Shown piece by piece: positions 34,985 through 48,195 of a DNA stretch of 64,000 nucleotides. The stretch is taken from NCBI RefSeq assembly GCF_964213995.1, contig NC_135825.1:31930001-31994000 (forward strand), in the 5' to 3' direction. A model generated the notes under the pieces. That model had not been told where the DNA came from. It ran no database searches and worked only from the letters and a program-made list of their open reading frames with translations. Each line of letters starts with the position of its first letter. Positions within the stretch are counted from its first letter, which is position 1. This DNA is from Mustelus asterias (taxonomy: Eukaryota). The position numbers and the translations under genes were made by a program.

Positions 34985-35467
34985 TTGATTTGATTTGATT
35001 TATTATTGTCACATGTGTTGGTATACAGTGAAAAGTATTGTTTCTTGCGCACTATCCAGACAAAGCATACCATTCATAGATAAGGAAAGGAGAGAGTGCA
35101 GAATGTAGTATTACAGTCATAGCTAGAGAAAGATCAACTTAATGTGAGGTAGGTCTATTCAAAAGTCTGATGGCAGCTGGGAAGAAGCTGTTCTGGAGTC
35201 GGTTGGTACGTGATCTCAGACTTTTGTATCTTTTTCCCGATGGAACAAGGTGGAAGGGAGTATGTCCGAGGTGCATGGGATCCTTGATTATGCTGGCTGT
35301 TTTTCCGAGGCAGCGGGAAGTGTAGACAGTGTCAATGGATGGGAGGCTAGTTTGAGTGATGGACTGGGCTTCGTTCATGGCCCTTTGTAGTTTCTTGTGG
35401 TCTTGAATAGAATAGAAGCCATACCAAGCTGTGATACACCCAGAAAGAATGGTTTCTATGGTGCATT
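34985..35467 (-). mobile_element. Rex1/Babar LINE 3' end
   Basis: CTIETILSGCITAWYG...KKLQR...PSGKRYKS...NSFFPAAIRLLN; (tttga)n tail. Confidence 0.88.
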
Positions 35468-37450
35468 CATGTAAAACTTCTTTCATCTTCTAGTCATGAA
35501 TAATATTTCTTTAGTTTTAAAGTACCTACCCATTTTAAACTTCCATTAACCAGAAAAATGGCAGGCATTTCAAGTTTGCTGCTCCTTTTCCTTTGACTTC
35601 ATAACTATACTTGGTTTGCTAACTATGATAAAGATTTTCTGTTCCTTTCCTGCACCTTTGTCTAATCTGTCCAGTTTATACCTGTATTCATCACCTTGAA
35701 CAAAATAAGACATTGCCTCATAAATTTGTTGCAATTTCCTCTTTGGAGGAGCTTAAATTATTGGATTGACATTAAAGCTTTAATGTCACCACCTTTAGAT
35801 CAGTAGGATAAGTAATGCAGTAGCTGAAAATAGCTTGGAGTGTGACTGAAGTTACCAGTAACAAAAATATATCTTTATAAGGGAAAATCAATCTATTTCT
35901 CAGTGCTTCTGAAATGAATGTAATACTTGGGGGGCCGTTATATTTATAGGATCTGTAAAGCGATGCATTGGAACTGGAAGAAAGTATTGTGGAAATGTAT
36001 CTAAGCAATTCATTGGCATACTTCAACAACCTGTCATCCCCTGAAATATATCTTTTATCCAACTCTTTATTCAACTGATTGATTGAAAAGCTCAGAGTTC
36101 AAAGGATGTAGGATTCATTGCAAAGAACCTTAGAAAAAACACCAGAGTTTGATTCAGAACCAGATAATTTTGAATTGATAATTGAAAGGCTCAGGAATGA
36201 TGTATGTTAAATTTACGCAAATGTACAAATATCCAAATTGAAAATTACCTGAGGCTTAGTGTTTCAGAATTCATTTGAAATTGTTCATGAAATTCTATTT
36301 CAAGGTGATGGGCTATAAATAAATGGAAGAGCTCAGCAATGATTATGTATTCCAGGAAGTCTTTTGCACTTAGAACAGAGCTCAATGGCGTACCAGCATG
36401 AATGGAGATGGAATCTTTGTGATCTTATACATAAGCCTACATCAAAATAGATGAAAACCATGTTCCTGAAATAATGTGATGCAAATTACACAAATATGTT
36501 CATGGGAAATTAAGAATAAATGAGTGACTGCCTTTGTCAAAATAGTGGACCATTGAATTTTGCATGATTTGTTAAACACTTGTACAATAGCATGTGCTGC
36601 CTGATTCCCCAGGATTATAATACTTAAGCTTGTTGACTTCAGAGTTCTTTAAAAATGTTTACTTGCTTGACTTCTGTTTAACTGAACAGTCCGTCAGCTA
36701 AGTGAAGATTTAGCGAGCATTTGTTAATCTGAACAGCTCCTTATATTTGGGCTTTGTAACCCTAATATCCCACTGCCTTGTTGCCTAGGGAAGAATGAAT
36801 TGTTACTCTTTTAATATTTGGCAGTAGTGTTTGCTCACCAACACTCAACCTTAATTCATTTCTCATTGCCACTTGATCTAAGTACAATCCAGCACTCAAC
36901 AATATTTTTGTGCAATACTATGCTTCTCCAGACTTTGAAAGATTTTTGAGTGGAGTTGGGGGTCATATATGTGACAAATCTTTCAGCAATAGTTAAGTCC
37001 TTTGCACTCTACCACCCCCCCCCCCCCACCCCCCCCCCCCGACATATAATGTACAAATAATAAGTATAGACATAGGATTACGACCATATTTAACTATAGT
37101 TCTGCAATGTCTGTTTTATATATCTTAAGTGTAAAATAACTCCCTTAATATACATTGGTTACCATTGCACTAATCATACATTCATACTGCTGAGTTCATA
37201 AGGCTTTGGAATATGAAGGCAGCTCTCTCATGAGGCTACTGTATTTTTCTGTTTATTTACTGTCATGTTACTTTTTGCAGTGCATTAATAAAAAATACTC
37301 ACCGAAATGATAACATGGTTTTTCTTTGGATGGTTGTTTTAGACAGTTTTTTGGAGATTAGCACTCCTGGGGAGTGTGGCAATATTTAGAGGGTGTACCC
37401 AGACTGAAAAGTGTCCCAACTGTAGTAACCATGCACTGCATGAGCGCATG

Positions 37451-38133
37451 GGGCAGGATTTTCCTTAACAGCGGGGAACCTCAGATCAAATGTGGGTCCC
37501 GACCTCACACTGTGCAGGGAGCAGGAACCAGGCTGTGGGTTTTGCCCTCTGGCTAATTGGTGGCCAGAGGGGCACACGCCAAGTTCGCAAAGCTGGAGGG
37601 CCAATAGGAGGCCTCCCAGCACTGAAGCAGCTGCAGTCTGCCATTGCAGGTAATGGAAAGGGAGGGCACTTCCATCCTGAGGCCCTCCCTCAGCACTTTA
37701 AAAAAAGATTTGAATGAAAACTATTAGCACAGCTGCTGGGCCACTGTTGTGGAGGGGAACCCCACCCCACTCACCCAACATGCCGACCTGCGCCTGCAGC
37801 TGTGACCAGAAGATGAGAGGTGGCTGGGGCTGAGGGGGAGCTTTGGAGTCACCCTGGAATATTGGCACTCCTCAGTGTGCTACCAGGAGGTCACTTCCAG
37901 GCAGCTGCTGTGCTGCCGATGCCATGTGGAGCCTGCAGACTGAAAAATTCAAGTTGACCTTTGATCAGTGGCCTTAATTGGCCTTTTTAATGACCTTACC
38001 TAGCGGCCTGCCCCTTCCTAAAACTGGCTCAGAGGCAGGATGACGCTGGTAGAGCAGCCTGCTGGCTGACAGCGCAAAAGTATGCCTCCACCATCTCCAT
38101 TTCCGCTACCAAATCTGGGTGAAAATCTTGCCT
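37451..38133. mobile_element. Non-autonomous Harbinger-type element
   Basis: TIRs gggcaggattttc / gaaaatcttgcct, GC-rich interior. Confidence 0.6.
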
Positions 38134-39170
38134 GTTGTGCCAAGGTGCTCTGCTGAAGTTCATGGCTTTATATCATAAATAAAAGTTCTGAAAATCTGGC
38201 TGGCACCGTTAGCACAACTATTCCTATGGCTGGGGAGGTAAAAGCATTAATTATTTGAGTCAACGCCCCAGGTGTGATCCCTAGCCTGGGCTGGTGTTAG
38301 CTGACATCAGTTGGAGCAATCAGTGGGAATGCTTCAGAGTTTTGGGCTCGGGAATGACATGTTGCTGATTGCAATTCTCTGAATCTTCTATGAAAACTTT
38401 TATGTGGTTGTTGGGTGAGAACAGGATTAGGCTTTGCTGTGATGTGGTGCCCCACCCTATCTGAATAACCTGTGGACACTCGTAGTCTAGACTTACAGGA
38501 AAATTGTGGTCTCTCTTGTGAGATACCGGAGATTGGCAGTACTTTAGTAGTAGTTTTGATCTGTAGCAAAGGAAGAAAATAAAATATTTTAAAAAGTGAT
38601 TGCATAAACCAGCCTTTTAAAATGTTTGATTTTCTTCACTTACACCCAGTTTTTGCTATTTAAATTTGTAGTATTATTAAAAAGTACAGTTGTAACCAAC
38701 CTGGAGCTACCTATATTTCATTTGCCCAGTCAAATACAACCCAGTATCTACTTGCTGCAGAAACTCCTTGATAGAATGTTGATGCGTATATAGATGTCCT
38801 GATGATTATAGACTGCATTTAATTTAACTTATTATAATGTATCTTCCCGAATACGTTGTTTTACTGGGCCTCTGAAGCTGTGTACAGTTTGACGAGAGAA
38901 AGAGGTGGGAAACAATGTCTTTAGTCCTGATTGCTATGAAACGTATTGAGACACTGGGAAAAGGATGATTGCAAGTGTTAGAGGTCTGATTATGAGGAAA
39001 GACTGGAGATACTTGAGCTTTTAAACCAAGGGCATAAATGAACAATAATCTTATAAAAGTATACAACATTGGTAAGAGTATAGAAAAGGTAACTCAGAAT
39101 ATTAACTTTAAATCAAGTGTAATGAATAGACCAAAGACAGTCTAGTGCAGGGTTTAGATTGGAGAAGAAG

Positions 39171-39495
39171 GGTGGCATGATGGCACAGTGGTTGGCACTG
39201 TTGCCTCACAGTGTCAGGGACCTGGGTTCGATTCCAGCCTGGGGCAACTGTCTGTGTGGAGCTTGGACATTCTCCCTGTGTCTGCATGGGTTTCCTTCGG
39301 GTGCTCCGGTTTCCTCTCACTGCTCAAAGATGTGCAGGTTAGGTGGATTGGCCATGCTCAATTGTCCCTTAGTGCCCCAAGATGTGCAGGTTAGACGGAT
39401 TAGCCAAAATGCCTGGGTAAGGTACTCTGTCAGCGAGAGTCGTTGCAGACTCAATGGGCCGAATGGCCTCCTTCTGCACTGTAGAGTTTCTATGA
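39171..39495 (+). mobile_element. HE1-type V-SINE inserted in an old CR1 fragment
   Basis: Head, V-domain and tail; CR1-like sequence on both sides. Confidence 0.88.
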
Positions 39496-40395
39496 AGAAT
39501 GCTTTTACAAAAGTTAGCAGTTGGTTCTTAGTCGAATTTAGTGATCAACATGTGGAACAACTGCCAGATAAAGTAGTGGAGGCAAAAACCCTGGAATAAA
39601 AGAGATTAATGGATGTTCCAGTGGGGAATAATCTGCCTGAATATGGCCTCCATCCTTGATCTCCAGGTCCAAGACTTGAGTGATCTGGTACAGGTGTTTG
39701 GTTATCCATCACTAATTATGGCTGGACCACCTCAGATATCATCGGCTTTGCTCTCTTTTGCCCACACTGCACACCACTCAGGATTATCCTGGAAAGCTAA
39801 GATCGCTCCCAGCTGTTTTGCTTCACCATAAACTGGTTCCTTAAACATCTCTCTTTCTCCTGCTTCCACCACCCTTATTTGTACCAAAAGGGTTGAAGAG
39901 CCTATAGACCTCTTTCTCATGAAAATTGAAACAACCTATTCAGCCTGACCACTGCCTTCCTGTTGCCTTCCCTCATGCACCAAGTGAAACATTCGCTGAC
40001 CCTCACACTGAACCTGTATCCTCCTCTAGTTTCTCACCAGTCTTCCCTTTATGCCCTCCCACAGTTCATCTTACCCATCAAACCCACCTCCTATTCCATT
40101 GACCCCAGCTCCCACTAAAATTTTCGCCACCTTACTTCCCCCCAGGGCTCCCATGCTAGCTGACAATGATCCCTTCCACAAACTCCAGTCCCATATAACA
40201 ACTACATTCCTTTCACTGGCTAATCATTCAGGTCGAACAAGATTGTATGAAACCTTAAATGATCTGATCTGGACCTCAAAGACCAATTCCAGCCATCAGA
40301 AAGACCTCATATTTCTGCGTGCCAAATGACCTTTGCCCTTTCTTTGTCCTTTCATTGCTGCATTCCTTACTTGTACTTTTTTTGAAATCTGGAAG

Positions 40396-40755
40396 GGTGG
40401 TGCAGTGGCACAGTGATTAGCACTGCTGCCTCGCAGCACCAGAGACCCGGGGTAAATTCTGGCCTTGGGTGACTGCCTGTGTGGAGTTTGCACATTCTCC
40501 CCGTGTCTGCGTGGGTTTCCTCCGGGTGCTCTGCTTTCCTCCCACAGTCCAAAGATGTGCAGGTTAGGTGGATTGGCCATGTTAAATTGCCCCTTCGTGT
40601 AACAAGATGCGTAGATTAAATGAATTACCCATGGGAAATGTGTGGGGTTACAGGGACAGGGCAGGGGGGTGGACCTGGGTAAGGTACTGTCAGAGAATTG
40701 GTGCAGACTTGTTGGGCTGAATGGCCTCCTTCTGCACTGTGGGGATTCTATGAAC
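40396..40755 (+). mobile_element. HE1-type V-SINE
   Basis: Head, V-domain, tail. Confidence 0.9.
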
Positions 40756-41009
40756 TTGATGACCTGATGTCTTCCTTATCCATACTCCACGCTGAATAGA
40801 GTGCGCAAAATGTGACAATCTCTTCACTCTTCCTGTCCCCCAACATATTAGATTTACTCTCCTGGTCTTTCTGATCCCTTCGGGGCCTTGCTGTAGCTTA
40901 TTGCTGCAGAGAGCTCCAGCTGTACATCCTGACCTCCACCCTTCAGTCATTCAACTCTGTTGCTTAGTGTGTTGAATCACACTTTCAGAAAACTCCTTCC
41001 AGTGTCATC

Positions 41010-41515
41010 GGTGTCTCTGAGTCACTGGGATCAGCTTCAAGTTCCGCTCCAGTGCTTGAGTACAATAATTAAGGCTGACACTCCCGTGCAGTAACGAGGG
41101 AGTGCTGCATTGTTAGTGGTGCTGACTTTTGAGTGAGACATTGGGCGGGATTTTACGGCCTCGCTCATCCCAAAATCATAAAATCCCACCTGAGGTCAAC
41201 GGACCTTCTCATGCTCTGCCCCTCACCTGCTCTGATGCCCATTTTGGGCGGGCCAGTAAAATTCCAGTCCATTATCTGAGTCTCTGTCTGCTTGCTTGGG
41301 TGAATGTAAATGATCCTGTGCCAGTCTGGCCAATGTGCAATCCACATCACAGAGAACTCCTGTTTGGGGGAGTGTGCAGTGTGCATTTTGGCTGTCATGT
41401 TTCCTGCATTACAACTCTGGCTATACTTCAAAACAAGTACTTTATTGGTTGTAAAGTACTTTGAGATGCCCAGTGGTGGTAAAAAGCACTAGATAAATGC
41501 AAACCTTTCTTTTAA
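41010..41515 (+). mobile_element. Deu-domain (SacSINE1-like) SINE interrupted by a MITE (41143-41270, TSD ATT)
   Basis: Similar to the reverse complement of 60120-60500; ends ...aaatgcaaacctttcttt. Confidence 0.6.
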
Positions 41516-41777
41516 AGCCCTCTGCCTCCAATTCTCTTTTAAGATTCCTTAGAACTTTTCCTTTTGAGCAAACCTCCTCACCTTTCTTATGACCATCTTC
41601 TTTCCTTTAGAGTACCTCTTCTTCATTGATATTTATGAAGTGCTCCCATTTTTTTTGCATGAAAGGAACTTCACAAATACAACTTTGATACCGGGCTGCT
41701 TGTCACACAGATTTTTTAGTGGACTTAGCACTGATACTTAATAGACATAAACAATGATAATTATTGCTTTACAATTA

Positions 41778-42130
41778 GGGGAGGCAGTGGCGTGGGGAGG
41801 CAGTGGCGTAGTGGTATTGTTGCTGGATTAGTAATCGAGAGACCCATGGTAATGCACTGAGGACCTGGGTTCAAATCTCACCACGGCAGATGGTGAAATT
41901 TGAATTCAATAAAAATCTGGAATTAAAAGTCTAATGATGACCACAAAACCATTGTTGACTGTCATAAAAACCCAACTGATTCACTAGTGTCCTTTAGGGA
42001 AGGAAATCTGATGTGGTCTACATGTGACTCCAGATCCACAGCAGTGTGGTTGACTCTTAATACCCTCATGGATGGACAATAAATGCTGACACAGCCAGTG
42101 ACGCCCACATCCCATGAACGAATAGAAGAA
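41778..42130 (+). mobile_element. tRNA-derived SINE with L2-like tail
   Basis: A box, B box ggttcaaatc; tail matches the L2-like 3' end at 57681-57760; the first 16 bp are tandemly duplicated. Confidence 0.78.
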
Positions 42131-42198
42131 AAGGTCGATCTGACTGAAAATTAATGTCTCAATCTTACTGAACCAAAATTCTAAATAGTTTGACCCCA

Positions 42199-42378
42199 GG
42201 ATGGTTTTCCCCGAGTGGAGGGGGCTCGCCATTGGTTGCTGGTGGGATCTTCCAACCTCACTGAAGTCGATGGCGATTTACATTCCTCATCTGCGCTGCC
42301 GTTGGGAATATGTAGCAGGGATCAGCTTTGGTGAGACTGGAAGAACCTGTCGGTGGGAAGGGCTGGAGAATTCCACCC
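42199..42378. mobile_element. Harbinger-type MITE (related copy at 56597-56802)
   Basis: GC-rich inverted termini and internal symmetry. Confidence 0.5.
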
Positions 42379-42896
42379 AGAGTTTGAGAGAAGGCAATTT
42401 CTCTTTGCTTATGACCAGCCTGATTTTTTTCTAGGTTTGCAATTGGAATTCTTGATTCAAGAAAGGGATTAATTGAAAGCTAGATAAGTCCATTTTACCC
42501 TCCTAGGAGGCTGCATACAAATCCCATATAACACACTCTTTCGCTATTAGGGACTTGTAAGTTAAGAATCTATTAACTACAGTGGAAAACTGTCAATTAT
42601 CCAACATCAATGTATCTCACAGTCTTTTGTGAAGGAGAGCGGTGAAGAATTTGAGACTACAGAGGATTGAGTATGTCCACATTTTATGCCTAAAGGCTTT
42701 GTGGTCTTATCCTCTAATTGACATTTCTATGGTTTGTTGGTTATTGTCGTGATTGTTTGGTTATTGCTGCCTCGATTGTTAAATACACAATAAATAATTG
42801 TGTGTCCTAACCCACACTAAGAGCTGCACACTCATACTGCAGTGCTCATTAACCTACATTAGCTTGTGGTCCACCAACAGATTTTAACATTTTACA

Positions 42897-44090
42897 TTAC
42901 GAACATACGAATTAGGAGCAGGAGTAGGTCACATGGTCCCTCGAGCCTGCTCCACCATTCAATAAGATCATGGCTGATCTGATTGTAACCTCAACTCCAT
43001 ATTCCCGCCTGATAACCTTTCATCCACATGTTAATCAAGGATCTATCTAGTTCTGCCTTAATAATATTTAAAGCCTCTGCTTCCACTGCCTTTTGAGGAA
43101 GAGAGTCCCAGAGACTCATTTGAGTGATAATAATTCTCCTACCTCTGTCTTAAATGAGCGACCCTCTATTTTTAAACAGTGACCCCTCGTTCTAGATTCT
43201 CTGACAAGAGAAATATCCTCTCCACATCCATCCTGTCAAGATCCTTAGGGTCTTAAAAATAGTGATCAAGTCACCTCTTACTCTTCTAAATTCTAATGGG
43301 TACAAACCTAACCTCTCCAACTTTTCCTCACAAGACAACCCACCCATTCCTGGTAATAGTCGAGTGAACCTTCAGTGAACTATTTTTAATGCATTTACAT
43401 CTTTCCTTAGATAAGGAGACCAATACTGTCCACAATGCTCCAGATATGATCTCGCTAATATTCTGGACAAATGAAGCATAAGGTCCCTACTTTGGCCATC
43501 AATTCCCCTCAGGAAAAACAATAATATTCTATTAGCTTTCCTAATGATTTGCTGTACCTGCATACGAGCCAAAAGATCCATTTATGCCAACTCTGTTTCC
43601 TGTTAGTTAACTAATCTTCAATCCATGCTAATATGTTATCCTCCACACTACAAACCTTTATTTTCTGCAATATCCTTTTGATGTGGCACTTCACCAAATG
43701 CCTTCTGGAAATCTAAGTATAGTACATCCGTTGTTTCCCCTTTATCCACAGCACAAGTAACTCCAATAAATTGGTTGATGTCTGCAAAAGGACTTAGGTA
43801 GGTTAAGTTAATGGGCAAAAATTTGGCAGATGGAGTACAATGTGAGAAATTGTGAACTTGTCCACTCTGGCAAGAAGAATAGAAAGTGGTGTACTATTCA
43901 GATTGAGGGAGATTGCAGAGCTCTGGGGTACAGAGGGATCTGGGTGTGCTGGTACATGAATCATAAGAAGTTAGTATGCAGGTACTGCAAATTATTAGGA
44001 TGACAAATGGAATGTTGCCATTTATTGTAAGGGAATGGAAAATAAAAACAGAGAGGTTTTGCTTCAGTTACACAGGGTATTGATGAGACT
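42897..44090. mobile_element. Two CR1 fragments, back to back (minus 42897-43770; plus 43780-44090)
   Basis: IRKANRIL...YLEHCGQYWSPYLRKD on the minus strand; WQMEYNV on the plus strand. Confidence 0.85.
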
Positions 44091-45413
44091 GAGGACTGAA
44101 TTTTCCCAAAAAGATTCAAAGGCCCTGATCTAACCGGCATGGCTGCCCCGAAATAGGGGTGGGTGAGGCTTGCAGAACGGCATTCCCCGTTGGCTTCGGG
44201 CGCGATCTTATGAGCCTTGGGCAGCTATGCCGGTAAAATCAGGGCCAAAGTGTCATAATAGCGAGAAACCGGGAGTCCTCCATGCCGGTCTTTTACATGC
44301 ATTCTAGATCGCAATCTTTCGATACTCAGTCACTTTTTTGGACAGCTGGGAGCTTGGCGCCAATACAGAGGGCACAGAGCCTAACATGCCGATGGAACCG
44401 GCTTCAGAGTGCCATTTTGCTAGGATGCCCCAATCTTCTGCCGGTGAAATGGGAGACCTTCTCCCACCCTCTAGGGACAGCTGACCCCTCCCCAAACTCC
44501 TCCCCCTCCCACCCACCCTCAACCTCTTCATGATGGGCATGTTCTCCCTCCACAGCGAATTGGGTCACCGGCATCAGGGTCCCCCTGCTGGGTCCCCAGT
44601 GGACTCCTGCCATGCCCCCCCACTATGCTGCACTGTCCCCATGACCCCCTTCGCGATCCACCCCTGCATGACCTCCTCCTGCATAGACCCCCATGGATAG
44701 GCACCGTCGTAGCCCCTCAATGGATAGGCACCTGTCACCTCATAGGGGGTGGGGGTTGGCCCTGGGTAGGATGCTTTGTTGGAGAGTTGGTGCAGACACG
44801 ATGGGCCAAATGGCCTGCTTCCATACTGCAGGGATTCTATGATTCTATCTTGGATACTGCTAACAACAACAACTTGCATTCATATAATGCTTTCAACAAG
44901 TAAAACAATGCAACAGGGATAGGCAGTTTGTTGAGAGGGATGTTGTTGTTTTATTTGGGTGTTTTTGGTTGGAACAACGCTGGAATGTTGAATTCAGTAG
45001 CTTTGGAGAATGCTGCTACAATGTATCTATTCCAGAGTGAGCTGCCTTTTAAAAAAAAATGACGTTTTAATTTAGCCATTAATTTCATGATGTGAATTTC
45101 AGCAATTTTGATGTAAGTCCTGATTTGGTGTAATTGTGTTGCTATTCCATTTTGCTTTGGGAACTACTTTTAAAATTATTTTTCGATGATTGAATTTCAG
45201 TTCCATACTGTCAGGTTCGGGCAACTGCCCAACTTCTGGATTGTGTAAGGCCCTTGGTAGCGACCTGTGGAATTGTTTGTTTTAGTGATTCTTTATCTTG
45301 GCTTCAGAATACTAAAGAACCTGAGCTGCGAGCTCGATTAACTTCTCATATAGATCTTATCCAGAAGAAACAGCTTTTATTGCATGGTGAGAAATATCTA
45401 TTTGTTTTTGCAG

Positions 45414-45484
45414 ATTGGTTGACGACAGATGTGTGGTAGAGCCTGGAGCCGGAGACCTGGAAATTCCCCCCAAAAAATTCAGAG
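45414..45484 (+). CDS. ITPR3: ITPR3 second coding exon
   Basis: Acceptor tttgtttttgcag (ends 45413). The 71-nt exon completes the Gly codon and reads [23 protein letters not shown](D). Donor GTAAAT at 45485. Phase is compatible with exon 1; VVEP is ITPR3-type. Confidence 0.96.
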
Positions 45485-45711
45485 GTAAATTTGGTTCATC
45501 TTATCATGCCACATAAAAGACAAAAGTGATGGATAATGTGGCAGGCCTATACCAGCTTCTTATTTGTTCAAACATAAAGAACATACATATACTTTTTAAA
45601 AAGTGATCCTTTATTAGAATTATATTTCTCAACTGCTTTTAACCTTTTGAAAATTAATCTTCAATTTTACTGTTATTCAGCCTTTTAGAATTGGGTGATT
45701 CTAGACACATT

Positions 45712-45836
45712 TGCTGGAATTTTATCGCCTTGCTCGCCCCGATTCTAGGGCGGGCGAGGCTCACAGAACGGTTTTCTCCATTGGCCTCGGGCGGATCTTG
45801 CAAGCCTTGGGCGGGCGGGGCAGTAGAATTCCAGCA
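45712..45836. mobile_element. Short Harbinger-type MITE
   Basis: TIRs tgctggaat / attccagca; similar to 51134-51248. Confidence 0.65.
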
Positions 45837-45882
45837 ATCATCATGGTTAAATGTTACAAGTTTGAGTTTGAAATGTTCAGAC

Positions 45883-46230
45883 ATCATAGAATCCCTACAG
45901 TGCAGGAGGAGGCTGTTCGCCCCATCGGGCCTGCACTGACCCTCCGGCAGAGCATCTTAACCCAGTCCACTCATCGCCCTATTCCCATTACCCCATGCAT
46001 TTACCCCACTAACCTACACATCTTGGGACACCAAGGGGCAATTTAGCATGGCCAATCCACCTAACCTGCACATCTTTGGACTGTGGGAGGAAACCAGAGC
46101 ACCAGGAGGAAACCCACATAGACATGGGGAGAATGTGCGAACTCCAGACCGACAGCCACCCAAGGTCGGAATCGAACCCGGGTCCCTGGCGCTGTTAGGC
46201 AGCAGTGCTAACCACTGTGCCACCATGCTG
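45883..46230 (-). mobile_element. HE1-type V-SINE
   Basis: Reverse-complement head, V-domain and tail. Confidence 0.9.
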
Positions 46231-47195
46231 GCCTATTTCCACACTCTCATTATCAGCAGTCCCTCAGTTCAAGGGTCACTAGCCTCTCCCATATGTCTTC
46301 ATGTGACTGAACAGGATCATTCTTGATACACGGATCTTTAGGAACCTGGTGTAGGGGTGCTATGATGTTGCAGGATCCAGAGTGCAGGATTTGATTCATT
46401 TTCTTTCCCCCTGTGCTGCTGCTTCCTGGTTAAGACACTGGACTCGAAGCGTAATGCAGCTGGGTGAACAAGTTGTAACCATTCTGTGCAAGTGATAGCA
46501 AGCTCCTCCAAGTCAATACTGTTACTGCTGCCGTGTGTCAAGAAGAGTTTGAGTGAACTTGAAGCATTTTCTTTGCCTTCCTCCAGAATATGGACTATTT
46601 GAGAGTTGAGAATACAAGATCTGGTGGGGCTGATGGGCTTTTGACCATCCGGGCAGAGTATCCAGTCCATCAAAGTTGATTTTGCAGGATATTTGCCTGA
46701 ATGCTTGTGGCTTCAAGAAGGACACTAGAGTTTGTTCAACAGTCCTTTTAAATCCAGAATGCATGACAGAGGCATCGCCGATTGAATTTCCCTAGCACTC
46801 GAATGTGTCACTGATACACAGTGCAGGATTCACTGCAATGCAGCAGTGTGGTGGCAATAACTGCTCTGTACATGAGTGATGCACTGGGGAATTCCTTTGT
46901 GATGCTCTGAAGGAAGGTTTACACGGCAATTTCGGAAGTACAAACTTGCCTGAGAACCAGAGCAAATGTCTGAAAATGTGATTTAAATTGCAAATTTCGG
47001 TTTTGACTGGGTTACATCAATAATTATCTACAAAAGGTTAGAACTAAAACATTTTCAAATGTCTGGGGAGCTATTGCACAGATCTATACCAAACCCCCTC
47101 TACAGGAGTATCCTTATACCCCTGAACTCCAGGTGCTTCCCCCAAGTCTCCCCATGGGTCTCCCTGACCACCACCATCCCCCACCCGCCCGACAC

Positions 47196-47758
47196 CACAG
47201 ACCCCATTTGGAGTATTGTGAGCAGTTTTGGGCCCCGTATCTAAGGAAGGATGTGCTGGCCTTGGAAAGGGTCCAGAGGAGGTTCACAAGAATGATCCCT
47301 AGAATGAAGAGCTTGTCGTATGAGGAATGGTTGAGGACTCTGGGTCTGTACTCTTTGGAGTTGAGAAGGATGAGGGGGATCTTATCGAAACTTACAGGAT
47401 ACTGCGAGGTTTGGATAGAGAGGTCGTGGTGAGGATGTTTCCACTAGTAGGAAAAACTAGAACCAGAGGGCACAACCTCAGGTTGAAGGGATGATCCTTT
47501 AAAACAGAGATGAGGAGGAATTTCCTCAGCCAGAGAGTGGTGAATCTGTGGAACTCTTTGCCACAGAAGGCTGTGGAGGCCAGATCATTGAGTGTCTTTA
47601 AGACAGAGATAGATAGGTTCTTGATTAGTAAGGGGATCAGGGGTTATGGGGAAAAGACAGGAGAATGGGGATGAGAAAAATATCAGCCATGATTAAATGG
47701 CAGAGCAGACTCGATGGGCCGAGTGGCCCAATTCTGCTCCACTGTCTTATGGTCTTTT
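47196..47758 (+). mobile_element. 5'-truncated CR1 nested in the RTE region
   Basis: HLEYCEQFWAPYLRKDVLALERVQRRFTRM; same subfamily as 9610-10492. Confidence 0.92.
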
Positions 47759-48195
47759 GGTCACCCTCCATCCCTCCAAACCACCCACCAACTGGGACTC
47801 CCCCTATCCCCAGACAGGAACTCCTCAACCCATGGGTTATCACCCACCCCATGGGGGCTCTACCTCCCCTCCCAGGCTCGTAGCTCACCCCCAAACCTCT
47901 TCCCCCGCTGATCTGAGGTTGGATTTTTTTCCGTCAATTATGACTTTTTGAGAGAGGTGGCTGCCAAGGGATGGGAAGTGCTTAACATATTCCAGAGTCT
48001 CTCCTTTGACATACATGGAAAGTGGAATATTGCCCGATTGGGTGTGGGTTAATATGAGTTTTGTTTTGGCAACATTCAAGGACAGGTTGAATTGTTTGTG
48101 TGCAGAATTGAAGAGACCGACAGTGTCTTGCGAATCTGGTGGAGAGCGAGCAACAAAGCTGTAGTCATCGGCAAACTGTAGATTGTGTATTCTTA

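Noticed and set aside
35772-36074. 100-aa minus-strand ORF in intron 1
   Set aside because: AT-rich with no recognisable domain; consistent with chance or decayed LINE sequence.
36738-36752. CArG box (ccttatatttgg)
   Set aside because: It has eight A/T bases between CC and GG rather than six.
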